Translations under genes and position numbers: made by a program
NCBI GenBank assembly: GCA_002269645.1
Contig: NIVC01003960.1
Location: 1-64,000 of the forward strand
DNA: 64,000 nucleotides
Origin: Macrostomum lignano
Taxonomy: Eukaryota
Direction of reading: 5' to 3'
Shown here: positions 48,999 through 61,480 of the stretch, piece by piece
Numbering within the stretch: position 1 is the first letter of the stretch
How the letters are laid out: each line of letters begins with the position of its first letter
The notes under the pieces: generated by a model
The model's database searches: none
Seen by the model: only the letters and a program-made list of their open reading frames with translations
Told to the model about the DNA's origin: nothing

Positions 48999-51900
48999 AT
49001 GGCTCTTATACTCAACGTGAGACTGCTTGAGGGCCTCGATGGCAAAGGCGAGAGGCTGTTGAAGGCAACATTTCGCGGTGAGTTTTGGTGCGACTCCTGC
49101 ACTTTCATACCCCCTTCCACTCAGGTGGAGGAATGTCAATAGCTCCCTCAAAGCTTCTCTTTCTCGTTGAACTCTTAAAAACACTAAGAGACGTCCGCGT
49201 CACCGCTTAATTGGAATTGAGAAACGAATGTGCTGCCATCAGAATGACCATGCAGTAGCACTCGACTGGAAACTGCCAATCCAATCCTGTTTGAGATGGG
49301 CTCAGTTTTCCCGCTTCCCATTTCTCAGGCTAGATTTAGGATTCTAATAAAAAACTAGAAGTGTTTAGGAGCTTTACTTTGGAGCTTTACATCCGCTCAA
49401 GCCCCATGGCTCCCAGTTAAGCCTCATGACACCCTGTTAGGACCCCCTGACAACTGACTAGGTCACCCTGACAACTGATTAGGTCACCCTGACAACTGAC
49501 TAGGTCACCCTGACAACTGACTAGGTCACCCTGACAACTGATTAGGTCACTCTGACAACTGATTAGGTCACTCTGGCAACTGAATAGGTCACTCTGGCAA
49601 CTGATTAGGTCACCCTGACAACTGAATAGGTCACTCTGGCAACTGATTAGGTCACTCTGGCAACTGATTAACTAGGTCACTTTGACAAAGGCGGTTCCTA
49701 CAGGGCGCAGGATGTAAATCAACCAAGAGCTCCATCAGCTTCTGACCTTGGGCTCTAGAGGTTAATTAGAGTTTAGCAAAGGCTGACTAATTTACTCCAA
49801 TGAAGCACTGCCAGTGAGCCGCAAATCTAGAACCAGAAAGTCCAGGAACAACATATTAAGTACAAACTAAAGTAGTGCCTGTTTGTTCTCCTCCTTGCAC
49901 TCTGCCCACATCTACCCAGATCCGTCGATCCGCATACGGAATGCATTTATTGCCCTCTCAGAGTTCTGAGTCCCCCTACCCGCATAGGCCGAGAAGCATC
50001 TCGGGCACAGTTTCCCACTACTAAATCCTGGATCTGCGAGTAAATAATGCAGAGTTTGAGCCCACGCTAAGCAATCGCCCGCTTCGTTGAGATTTAACGC
50101 GCTAGCAAATCCAGTCGGATTGAGCAGCGGGCGAGAGACTCAAGCTGCGAGTAGATTCTTTAGAAGAAAGTGATATCCAAATTTGGTCTATGAGCTAGAA
50201 ATAAAGAGCGGGTAATGTTTCTTGAGAAAAAAGCAGATGAAAGAAAAATACTGTGTTCCGATTCCACTGCTGGCACAGTTCTGAAAGAGAAAATCTTTGT
50301 TAAGCTAGAGAATAATGCAGTCCAATAAGATGATTTTTTTCTAAAATTTTATTTAGTATACAGCTCTATAGTCTGCAGCCACTCTACTAGACTTTTTCTA
50401 TAAGTCCCTCTTCAAAGAGTCGTTTCCTTGACATTCAGTACTCTTTTTGTGTGTGTGCCATCGAAACCTACGCCCCATCGTCCCAATATTCAAATATCAA
50501 GTGCGCCCAGTCACGGAAGCAAACTCTAATAAGATGAAAGATATTTAGGGACAGGCATACGAGTACATCATCTCTTTGGCGCATTCGATGTTTGAGATCA
50601 TCTGTCAGAAATGCGCGCATCTAGTCGTGAGCTGTGCGCGTCATGTTAGTCTTCTCCATGACACTGTTTGCTTACTGGGGGACAGTGTCTCTTGGGAGTT
50701 GGTCAAAAAGATGCGAGGCCTAGAGGAGTCTGATGAGGCCGGGTCTGTTGGGAAGGGAGATTCTGCCTGGCTAATGGGGATGCACAGCGGCTGAGTTGTG
50801 CTGGCTGCGGGAGATCAGAGGGGTTGAGGCGCTGCCAACGCAGCAGCAAACTCCCAGTTGCGTTTCTAGCCAGAGTGAAGACGAGAGGAAGAGGGGCACT
50901 TGGAAGGAGAGAGAGGCTGGAGGGTAGAGGCCAAGGGTGCAAAGAGAAGAACTTAATGGAAGCTTAATGAATGGATGCAGTTTAAGAGTTATAATAGGCT
51001 AGCAGCAAACAGGTGTAACGTTAAGGGGCATCGAAATGTGGGGCAGGCAGGAAGTTCCCTTGCTCTCTCTCCGTACGAAAGAGATTTAAGGTCATGTTTC
51101 CTTACTCTTATGAGCACCAATAGGGAATCAATATTCAATATTCGGCTGTCTTATCAACCGGCGGGAGTAACTAAGATCGGGTTTCGGTACTTCAGCTTCT
51201 CAGCCGCTGTTAATAAGCAAAGCAGGGTGTTTTTTCGAGTATTAGCACTCGAGCAGTACCGTTCTGTAATCCTGGTGATACTGCAGTCAAAACTCGTATC
51301 TCGCCCTTTTATAATCAGAGCAATGATCCCATATCTTTTCGCCACCCTTTCGTCAGCATTGCAACCAGACGCTTTATTTTGGCCACGGGTGAAATTCTAT
51401 CGCACATAGTTTAGGATTGCAATATCAGCGATATAAATTATCGATCGTGGCTGGAGCGCGTTGCATTCTAGGGGGTGGGTGAGTATCAACAACCGCAACT
51501 AGCCCTGCCAGCGTCCTTACCTCCCCTGTCAAAGCTTCGCGATCAGCTCCCGCCTGGAGGTCCGCTGCCTGCTCATCGCGACAAAAGCCCTGTCTAGCTC
51601 CCATTGGTTTATGTGTTAGGAAAAATGCTTTAATTTCTACCATTTTCTGCATATATCATCGTTTTTTTCTCTATCAATGAATCGGCTATTGCTATTCCAC
51701 AACCCCAGTGGCCGCACCCGTGCGTGAGCGGGGGGGGACTGACGAGCAGGGGTGAGAGGCAATCTAGAATCGACATGAATTGGAGACTGAGGGCTTGCTG
51801 GATTCATCTCTCAACCCCCTCTTCCTTGCCTAATTCATGGCAGAGGGTCGTCCCCCGGCGCCCAGCATCCACGCTCTGCCAGACCAAACCCACCAAAACC

Positions 51901-54900
51901 ATCTCGCTAATGGGATAACAAATTTGCCACTGAGTAATTAACTGTCCACTCCCTCTGCTCCATCCCAACTAAACTACGCTTTAGTGGCAGGGTCAGAGGC
52001 AGAGCTAAGATACAGTATAGGAAATCGGTTCCATATAAAAATACTTTGACAGCCGACTAGCTAAACTTGCAACATCCGGGAAGCTTTGATCTGGTGTAAT
52101 TTTCCGCGAAAATACGAGTCTTTGATGTCACTGCCTCGAGAATATTAACCCACTGGCATATCGACGAATCCAATTCCAATACCCGTGTATTCCACATCTT
52201 CATAAACCGATAAGCTGTATTAGCTACTAAAAGTTGCTCATTGAATCGACAAAAACGAACAAGTTTTACGCTGCTACCACAGGGTCTCCCTAAAACACGC
52301 CCCGCACCGCCCCGAACCGCTACACATTATAACAATTTGGACTATAACTAAGGCATTTTCAAAGTGTGTTTTCTGTTAAGCTTCAAACTTTTATTAAATT
52401 TAGTTTTCTCACTTTTAAATATGAAATTCGGAGAATAATAGGTGATATTAATAATAATAATATTAAAATATGAATAATATACTTAATAACAAAAAAGAAG
52501 AATATTAAAAATAATAATATTATTAGTAATAATAATTGAAGTTATTTATTCCATGACTCTTATAACAAATAGTTTTCTCTGCAATTAAATACTGCATTGA
52601 CAAAAATGTTATAATGTGTAGCGGTTCGGGGCGGTGCGGGGCGTGTTTTAGGGAGACCCGCTACCACAGCCTACGAACGTTGTCTGTTTAAAAAACGTTT
52701 ATGAAAGAAAGTGCAGCATCAACTCACAGAAACGCTTGCTGCTGCTTTCGGAGTTGGCGCAATCGGAGCAGTTGAGATTATTAGTCAAGTTTTCGCGAAA
52801 TCGCACCCTCTGGTCCATGTCCGACAGGCACGCGAAAATAACAACGGAAGAAGGCCGCTGTTTAGAGATAATGAGGGCAGAGCAGCAGTGAGCAGTTAGA
52901 AGCCGAAGCGTTGAAATTGCTGTCCCTCCCAATGGGACATAAAAGCGTTTGATGCCACTCTGTGAGGGAGCAAAATTATAGGAGCAGCACACAGCCACGC
53001 ATTTCCAACTCTAAAATGCTCTGTGCGACACAGTCCTCGGCGTTCCAGCTTTTAACTGAAATAGTCGAACTGAAAAACAAATAATTACACCCTCGACCAG
53101 CATTGAACCTCATCTGGGACCAATGCATTTTGCAGTTTGACTGCAGAGCAGCTCAGTATCAGAATGTCAGCGCCACGATCCCCCGTTGAGGTTGTCCACG
53201 AATAGTTGACCGGAGGGAGGGGTTGTGTTGCGATTCGCACCCATGAGGGCCAACCCCCAAGCCACAGAGGGTGTACATGCCTGACGATTAGAAAGTCAGG
53301 GAGGGAGGGGTTGTGTTGCGATTCACACCCATGAGGGCCAACCCCCAAGCCACAGAGAGTGTACATGTCTGACGATTAGAAAGTCAGGGAGGGAGGGGTT
53401 GTGTTGCGATTCACACCCATGAGGGCCAACCCCCAAGCCACAGAGAGTGTACATGTCTGACGATTAGAAAGCCAGGGAGGGAGGGGTTGTGTTGCGATTC
53501 GCACCCATGAGGGCCAACCCCCAAGCCACAGAGAGTGTACATGTCTGACGATTAGAAAGCCAGGGCCGCTGTACACTCTGTGTGAGCGTGTGTATGAGCG
53601 CGTGCTTGCGTACAGTTTACAGTGTGTACAGTATGTGTTCAGGAGTCAACGGAACGGGGATTGCCTCCGCACTGTTTGTGGTGCCAAAGGCGTTGCGTTG
53701 GTTAAGGTGTCTACAATCCCATCGCAAATATCTATCTCCGTTGCAGATAATGTGCAAACCTCCAACGCTGCTTCCGGCCGAGACTCTGTCTATTTTGGCC
53801 AACAATTTAAATGGCCCGTGGGCCGACGCATCGAGATCACGGATGTGCTGGAGATTCGAGTCTACAATTTCTCGAAATATCTTGCCAACAAGTGAGAAAA
53901 TTTAGTTGAGACAGGCATTTGAAAAAGCCCAGACCCCAACAGTCGAATTTGGGAATTTGTTTTAAGGGTTGGAGACGCTTTGTGTACTTTCTCTAAGCGT
54001 ATCTAAGTGTACTTTGCAATCCAATATACTAAAAACTCTCGCCCTCGCCTCGTCCTATTTCCTAGAATGATCGGCTCGCTGACCATCAGCCTACAGCAGT
54101 TGGTGCACGAGAGCAGCCTGAAACTGCGCGAACAGCTCATCGATGCTAATCACTCCACTATGCGGGTAAGAGAGCTAAATTGCTCAAGTGGCGTGTTGGA
54201 ATTCTTCCAGCTTACAGTGCACACAACGCAAATGATGCATGAACGGTTACAGAGTGCTCCTCCCCAGATAGAGGGCTCCGGCTGCGAATAAAGAAATGCA
54301 CACTGGCTGAAACTGCATACTGGTCTTGTCATCCTATCTCTTTCTTTTCCAATCTTCTCTGCCCTCGCTTCCTCCTTTCTTCATTCTTTTCCAATTCCTG
54401 TTCGGTCCGTCTGGAAATTCTCCCGGCGCCGTCGCTCTCCCAGCCTGAGGGGCGAGCAGGGAAAAATCTGGGGGAAGCTGGGGCCGCGTCCCGGCGCCGG
54501 AGGAAAGCTCTCGGGAAATGAGAGCCACTTCCCTTTCGTCTGCTGGTTGCCCCTCCCCCTCTTTACTTTCTCTCCCCATTTTTTATCCATGCTCGGCTCG
54601 GCTCCCATCGCTTGAAAGCTCTAAATGTCTCTGCCAGCCCGCTCTTCGCTGTCTTCTTATCATTCTTCTTCTTTTAGTTTTCTGCCGCGGGTAGAAAACA
54701 AGAGAGAAATATATTCAGAAGCCAAATGAATTCTTTTCTGAGCGCCAGGAAGACAAATCAGTCTGTAATTTTTAACCCCTCCCGGCAGTCTCACCCTGGA
54801 AGACATTCTCCTAATCTCAGGAGGCTCCTTGACAGCATTTAGTCCGCTTGTTGCTTTCTCTCCGTTTAATATATGCTCTTTCAAAAGGCTTGCAGCCTTG

Positions 54901-57900
54901 ACTTCCGTTGCTGCCGGCTTGTCATCTTTTCTTGGCTTCATAAGTCTCCAGTTGGAACCATTTCTCTGTCGGTAGTCTAATGCGATCAAACCGTGTGTTG
55001 GCTTCGGTTTGGGGGGAAGCCGAGCTTGGGAAAGAATCGAGCGATGTGTTTCTCGACTGATATCTCCTCCCCTCAGGGGAGTGGCGGAATCTGATATGGG
55101 ATAACGCTTGTCAGACCAGATTGCCATGAATGGCCATGCAGCTAAAGGATTGACAAGTGCGCTTATACATGATCTATTTGAATGCACCCGTTTGACTTGC
55201 CTTTGCCGATCTCCGGACAAAAGTCCGTCTGCGTTTTGAATTCTTTTTTTGAGTCCTATTTTTCTTGATTATTTAACTTCACAGGCAACGCTGGACTTTG
55301 AGATCAATTACTATTCGCCCGACTCGCAAATTGGCGACTGGAGACAGGACGAATTCGACTATCCGGTGCCCCCGATGCGCCCCGGAGCGGCCGGAGAGGA
55401 TCAAGAGGACAATGCCAGGTGAGGAAAAGGATGCAGATCTATTCATATTCATTTGGGACTTTTGTGTGCACGAGAATTGGTCGATGGGTTGTCGTGATTC
55501 ACAGCCATGATGGCCAACCTCCCAAGCCACAGAGAGTGCACACTCCTGACGATTAGAAAGTCAAAGCCGCTGTACACCCTCTGTGAGCGTGTTTTTGATT
55601 GCGTGCCTGTGTACAGTTTTGGCGCGCGCGAAACACTTGTATCTTTGGTTGGCAATTTTACTTATAAACGAATCACAATGGACAAGCGTTAATTTGAAAA
55701 ATACCGTCTAGCAGAGACATTGATTTCTGTAGCCACTATAAAATCGATATCATACTATTACCTTCGTTATTTCAGCATCCATTTCTCAGCAATCAATGCG
55801 CATCAGTTAGATGACTTGCCAAACCAACTCAATCTTTTGTTACACTTCCAGTCGGATCAGCTTCTCAGACGCGCAGTCTCTGATAAAGGAGAATCGAAAC
55901 ATGCTGGCGCTGGCCCAAGGCGACGAGGCCGGCTCCCTCATGACTGGCGAGGATGACGCCTCGTTGGGTAACGCGATGCGAAAGTAAGCGCTCTCCGGCG
56001 TTTTAATCCGTACTGAGTGCCTGAACGCCCCTGTAGCTGACACTCTTTCACCGTCGACCTCTCCTCTCCCCCCAGGGCAGACCCAATAAATCAATCCTGT
56101 CTCCGGCAGAAACTCATCGACTGTCGAGATCTTATTCCCTCTCTGCTGCTTAGTGGGCAACCCTCTGACTATCTCTCAAGTTCTTTCTCTCTGGCTTTTA
56201 TCTGCGCTCCTATTAGTTAGCACCACTTGATTCTCTTTAACTCTTTGAGCAAAGTGTACTGCTGCAAAGATTTTATCTTGAAAGATTTAGCTGTCTCCAC
56301 TTGAAAGTGATCCACTACTCTACTCGCAAATAGACTTGATAGCAGTAAATTTTATTTTAATGACCTTTTACCTATGAGATGAGGCATTAAAGATATACGT
56401 TTTTATTAGCTTCTCGAGCGACCGTTCCGTATGACCTTTACCGCAGGACTTACCAGAGAAAGTTCAGATAAAGAACCTATACCATGCTTACCGTATTTAA
56501 TTTACTTTGAATACCGCAGCAAACTTGGGCTGTGATTAGAGAATAAATTTAACTGAGAGTTCTTGCCTCATGGCGAGTTGCTGCACCTGTTGCACTGAGG
56601 GTTCAATGCAGAACTTTTTTCTCTGTTCTGTTTAAGCTCCCCCTGTCCGCCTCCTAGAATAGCAAATAACTCACTGAATGCGCACAGTTGTGAATGCATT
56701 TTGTTCTTCTCTGTATTTTCCTCAACTTTTTTGCTTGAGCCATTGTTTCACAGCTGTTGCTCAAGTACAGCGAGTGGCCTATGGGCTGTAAAGCATAGAA
56801 GCCATGGCTTTTCATACATAGAACTTTTTTCCAATCCCATTAGGAGAAAGAGAAGATTTTTCAACTCAAAATGATTCTAGGCAGGACGATGGATCTCCAA
56901 ATTTTAATGAGGGGTTCGATTTTAGCTCAATTTTTCGCGGATGACACGTTAGGGCCGGGAAAAGTGTACTCATCCTTAACAAAGAAACAAACACAAAGAT
57001 CATTTTGGTAAAGGGTTTTATAGCCTTTAATAATCTAATTGCTTTAAGTATTTATTACTAGGCTAGCACTTTTTATTTGGCCTCAAATGAACTCATTACT
57101 ACAATCTTCTGATGAATGCCAGTACAAGAGCAAACTCAACCAGTGCGTATCTGCTTTTGCTTTAGTGCAGCGCAGTTTAGACTGAGGAACTTCAGAGCTC
57201 GCCCTGACGTGTATCTCCCATTCCTTCTTTCTCCCCCCGCTCTCGTTCCCCCCTCGCCACTCCTGGTGAGTCAATATTTGAGTAGCCAGGTTGCACTTAC
57301 TGGTTTATAGGTCTGGAAAAAAGGAACTGATTCTCCTATGCTGCATGGCAGGAGTATTATTGCCTTATCTGTCTCTGACTCACCGTATCTTCGCACGAAT
57401 CTCATATCCTCTTGATGTTTTTTGTTTGCCAAATAAGCTCCAGTTAGTGTTTAGACACTGGGGGCTTTTGGCGCTGCTGCAGATGAAGGCGGCATCTTTC
57501 CACTGAACCCTGAACACTCACACGGATGTACAACGGCCCTGGCTTTCTCATTGTAATGCTTTATTGAAATTTACGTCCATTAACCTGAAACTGAGGTAGT
57601 CATCGTTTTTTATTTAAGTAAATTTACCTTTAGCCTTTTCCATTATAATACTATTTTATAACAAAAAGATAGGGCCTTGACTTTCATCCAGAAGACCGAC
57701 AGCGCGAATGTCTCTATTAAATCAGAAAAGAAATTATTTTAACATAAAAATTTTGAGATTTAAGATTTAGCCTTTCGAAATACCTTCTCCTTTTTCACAG
57801 TTAATTCCATTTACTTGATTAAACATTCCGCCCTGAGAAAACTTTTGAAGTGCTCTAGAATGAACATGTCCCTAAATAATGCAGCACAACACTAGGATTA

Positions 57901-60332
57901 ATTCAGTCTTCATGGACAAAACTGTCAATAAACTTCGCTTATTCCGCCCTGTTAGAACACTCGGAGTTCCCGTGGTCCTCGATCCAACTCTGCACAAGAT
58001 GGAAGACTACCAGCTGTCTGTGACCATCATCGAAGCCAAGCAGCTCTCGGGCGCCAACATCAATCCTTGCATCGAAGTTCGAGTTGGTGATCGAGTTAAA
58101 CGAACCGAGATTCAAATGTCAACTAATTCGCCGTATTACAATCAGTACTTTCCGTTCGAGTTCCACATGTCAAAATCGGAGCTGTTCGATCAGGTTATTC
58201 ACATCCGGGTGAGTTACATGCAAATTATTGTTGAATTTCTGCTTTTAGAGGAATATTGAGAAACCCAGACCGCTCTGCAGGCTTCAGTTCCGCGAGGTCC
58301 CTTAGGAATTTTGATGGCGGAAGCTCTAGCGAAGGTCCCGCAACCGGAGGCTGCACGCCGTGGCCGCGCGGGGAGAGGATTATTTTTTGAAAGGCGAGAC
58401 GCAGACGGACCTCAAAAGCTTTTGCCAGACTTTAGTGGCCTGGCGTGCGTCTCCCTTGGGACCGGATTAATAATTCATAAGGGAGGGAGCCGCAGCTTGC
58501 CAAGTCTAAGCTTGCGAGATGCGGCGCTGCCGTGGTGGCAGAATTGGATACACCGCGTCGAGACTGGGTGGTTGGGTTGGAGAGAGCAAAGAGACTGCAA
58601 GACAGGGATAGGGAAATGGAAAAAATATATGAAGGAGCCAAAAGTTTTATTATTAACGGGCATGCAAGGCAAACAGTTCAAGAGCGCATCGCTAAAGCGG
58701 TCGGCAGCTTTGAGAGATGCTGGTTTTCCGTTGGCGTCATGGATTTTACAAACTATAGCAAACTATATCCTCCTTTATATGTCACCAAGGTATCTTTATG
58801 TATCATAAAGCTACGCAATCGATCACAAAATGTCTCTCAATCATCAAATGTAACCAAACCATCCCCGATTATAAAAAAAACGTCGTCGAACGTCACCAAA
58901 TCCTCCTCAGTCTTGGACTGTTTTGGAATGTCTTTGACTTAAGATAGTTCTTTCAACTGTTGCTGCACTACACCAAGCAATAAAATTAAAGTCGTCCAGC
59001 TATCTTGAACTTTCAACAAAGCATTGCTATCTTTAACTCCTAAACTACACCAACTTCAAGTTGAGAGAAAAACTTCAGATTAACTTTCCTAGTTGGCTGT
59101 AAACATTTCAGGCGCTGAACAAAGGCACAATGATGATCTCTAGGCTGTTTTCTGGCGATCTAATTGGCGAATTTCGACTCGACGTTCGCACCGTCTACAA
59201 TGCGCAAGGTAGGTGCATACTGATTTATTACTTATGAACTGGGTTAATTATGAAACCCGTCTTGAAACAGTGATTACAGTTCATAAAACTAAAATCAGGA
59301 TTAAAAAGTGCTTATACCAGCAAATAAACTTGAGTTTGTTTGTTAACAATTGACTGGAAAAATTACTGGGCGTATTCTTTTTGCAACTAGAAGTTCTCAT
59401 GTACTGACTCAATTTTAAGATATATGTAATAAGTTAATAGTTCATAAATTATGAACCTTCCTACGCATAAAAGTATCATTCAGGAATAGCGAAACTAAAG
59501 CCCTATTTATGCAGCAATAGGATACAAACAGCTCATTTGCAATATATCGCCTTAAAATTCTTTTTCTGCTCATGAATAATTATCCCGTGTTAATATATAG
59601 ATCTGCCTTTAGTACCCAGTTTCGCTAAATTACTGTCACTAAGTCTGCTCTAAAAATTGATTTATGAAGCAAAAAGTAAGAGTTGCAACTCGAAAACACG
59701 TCTTAACTTCGAAAACTTATATGTTAGAAGCTTCGAAGACCTGACTACTTTCAGGAAGTTCCAACCATGGCTTTGCAATCTGGGCTTAAAAATTTTATGT
59801 TTGAAATCCCATTTGACGTTTCAAATCGTTTAGGGATTAAACAGCAACTAATGGTCACTCCTTACACGTAGCAGTCGGCCTTCACATTGCTTATTAAAAT
59901 CTGTGCAATAGTGTTGAATTACACACGGAGTGTAGGCTTTGCAACGCTTGTCGCCCGTAACTCTGCTCGGCCTTCTACACGCATTACCGCAACTTGGTCA
60001 CCCACTGCTTCATTCCCCGATTCGTCATTATGACCGACTTCGTTCAAAATGTGAAAAAAGTTCTTAAACAGATATATCTCGCGATTGCTTTATTATCTCA
60101 TACACATATCAATAAATGTTATATAGGTTCTGACGTAAAAATATTGTGTATTTAGTTTATTTACGTCGCAGCTATTTGCAGTCAAAGCGAAAATAAAACT
60201 TTGCATCAATTTCCAGACCACATGTTCTTCCACAAGTGGGCCTGCCTCATCGATCCCAAAGACATTCTGGGCGGTCCGAAAGGCTATGTTAAATGCGACA
60301 TCAACGTGATTGGGAAGGGCGAACAGATGAAG
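48999..60332 (+). CDS. OTOF: Otoferlin-type ferlin, 5' part (C2A, linker, C2B; 352 codons), continuing beyond the window
   Basis: Exons 48999-49077 (MALILNVRLLEGLDGKGERLLKATFR, cf. OTOF [26 protein letters not shown]), 53747-53891 (FKWPVG..LEIRVYNFSKYLANK), 54066-54165, 55285-55418, 55852-55983, 57956-58208 (DYQLSVTIIEAKQL..STNSPYYNQYF), 59112-59208, 60217-60332 (HKWA..DP..KGYVKCDI.VIGKG). All phases match. Confidence 0.9.
49443..49690. repeat. 21-bp minisatellite, ~11 copies, otoferlin intron 1
   Basis: Unit GACAACTGATTAGGTCACCCT. Confidence 0.9.
52282..52659. mobile_element. 378-bp MITE with 53-bp perfect TIRs and 9-bp TSD (Mutator/MULE-type)
   Basis: TIR GGGTCTCCCTAAAACACGCCCCGCACCGCCCCGAACCGCTACACATTATAACA at both ends; TSD GCTACCACA at 52273-52281 and 52660-52668; AT-rich non-coding interior. 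Confidence 0.9.
53180..53660 (+). repeat. Four tandem 88-bp units of the dispersed 'GACGATTAGAAAG' family, just upstream of otoferlin exon 2
   Basis: TTGTGTTGCGATTC at 53223, 53311, 53399 and 53487. Confidence 0.88.
55470..55640 (+). mobile_element. Further copy of the 'GACGATTAGAAAG' dispersed repeat
   Basis: CCCAAGCCACAGAGAGTGCACACTCCTGACGATTAGAAAGTCAAAGCCGCTGTACACCCTCTGTGAGCGTG. Confidence 0.75.
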
Positions 60333-61480
60333 GTATGCGAAAAAGTCTTTTATTTTAACTTCTGCGTTTCATTGATTAAGAACTTAGATTATAGCAGCAT
60401 CCATTGGATAACCCATTTATACTACTAGCAGTTGCATTATGTTTTTTCTTAGAATTTTCCAAAAATAGCCGTTCGTCACGCACCATAGTATCTAGCAATC
60501 CGTTATTATTATTCGGAATTCACCTGTTTTACCAAAACTACTTACAAGCGTCTTGCTACTTGCTAAATGGAGGCATATTTTCTTTACACCCACGTTTTCC
60601 TGTTTAGAAGTCGGGTTAGTTCTTTGAGTCAGAATTTTGCTTTACTCTGTCGAGTATTGTACGTCGTATTCGTTTGGAATCGAAAAAAAACTAGAAAGCC
60701 AACGAAGCGTTCATTGTGGCTTTCGACGTTGCAGCGATAGTTACTTTCCTTGTTTGTAAACTTTTGATATCCGCGTGTACTAAACAGTAAAGTAATATAA
60801 TTTTTTGCCTATTGTAGGACCCAAAGAAGGTAGTCTCTAGATACAAAAAACGTTTTGTTATATTCTTGTAGCAATTGGAACAGTTGCGGTTTATTACATT
60901 CGAATAATAATAACTATTGCTTTACTGCTTCTTTGTAATCTTGAGGTAGAAGTTTCTTTTTTATGCAATTGCGTAGCAGGATATGTATTTTAAGAAATTT
61001 TTGATTCACGCACCTGTAGAAAAATAAGTCTAATTACTAGTACCAGGTATCAGTCAAAAGACCATCTGATATCTGGATGAAGTAAGCATAATATTCCAAG
61101 CATCCATTTTTTTAATTGAGAGTTCATAACAGTCGACTTTTTGGCAACATGGTTAACATTGGCTTGACTATAAAGCTCTTTGGTGGATCAAACATTGGTT
61201 TGAATCTACAGTTATTGTGATTTTTGTCACAGCAGCCATGCAGTAAATTGTTGATGCTATTTTACATACCTTGAAGCGCAACAGCAAACAAAAAATCGAA
61301 GCTAACAGCTAGATATTTAAAGCGGTTTCTTACGATTGAAGTCGATATATTCATATTTTAGTTCTAAACAGTAAAAGTCAAATAAAATACGTTCAAACTA
61401 CTAAGTACGAGCGTAGTTAGTAGTTAACTACAAAGCATGGTCTTTTGACGTTTGAAAGTGTTTTATTATGATTTCTACGA

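Noticed and set aside
52742-52891. LRLLVKFSRN..SDRHAKIT resembling ferlin C2A strand 1
   Set aside because: No good in-phase donor, and a much better exon 1 exists at 48999-49077.
53590-53746. 5' extension of otoferlin exon 2 suggested by ORF 53590..53895
   Set aside because: 53590-53655 belongs to a dispersed repeat also seen at ~43940-43985; the phase-1 acceptor at 53746 fits exon 1.
58311-58942. ORFs in an otoferlin intron, with QERIAKAVGSFERCW faintly like an RTE-type RT thumb (also 47290-47560 and 54660-55220)
   Set aside because: Similarity too short to support; probably old TE debris, not called.
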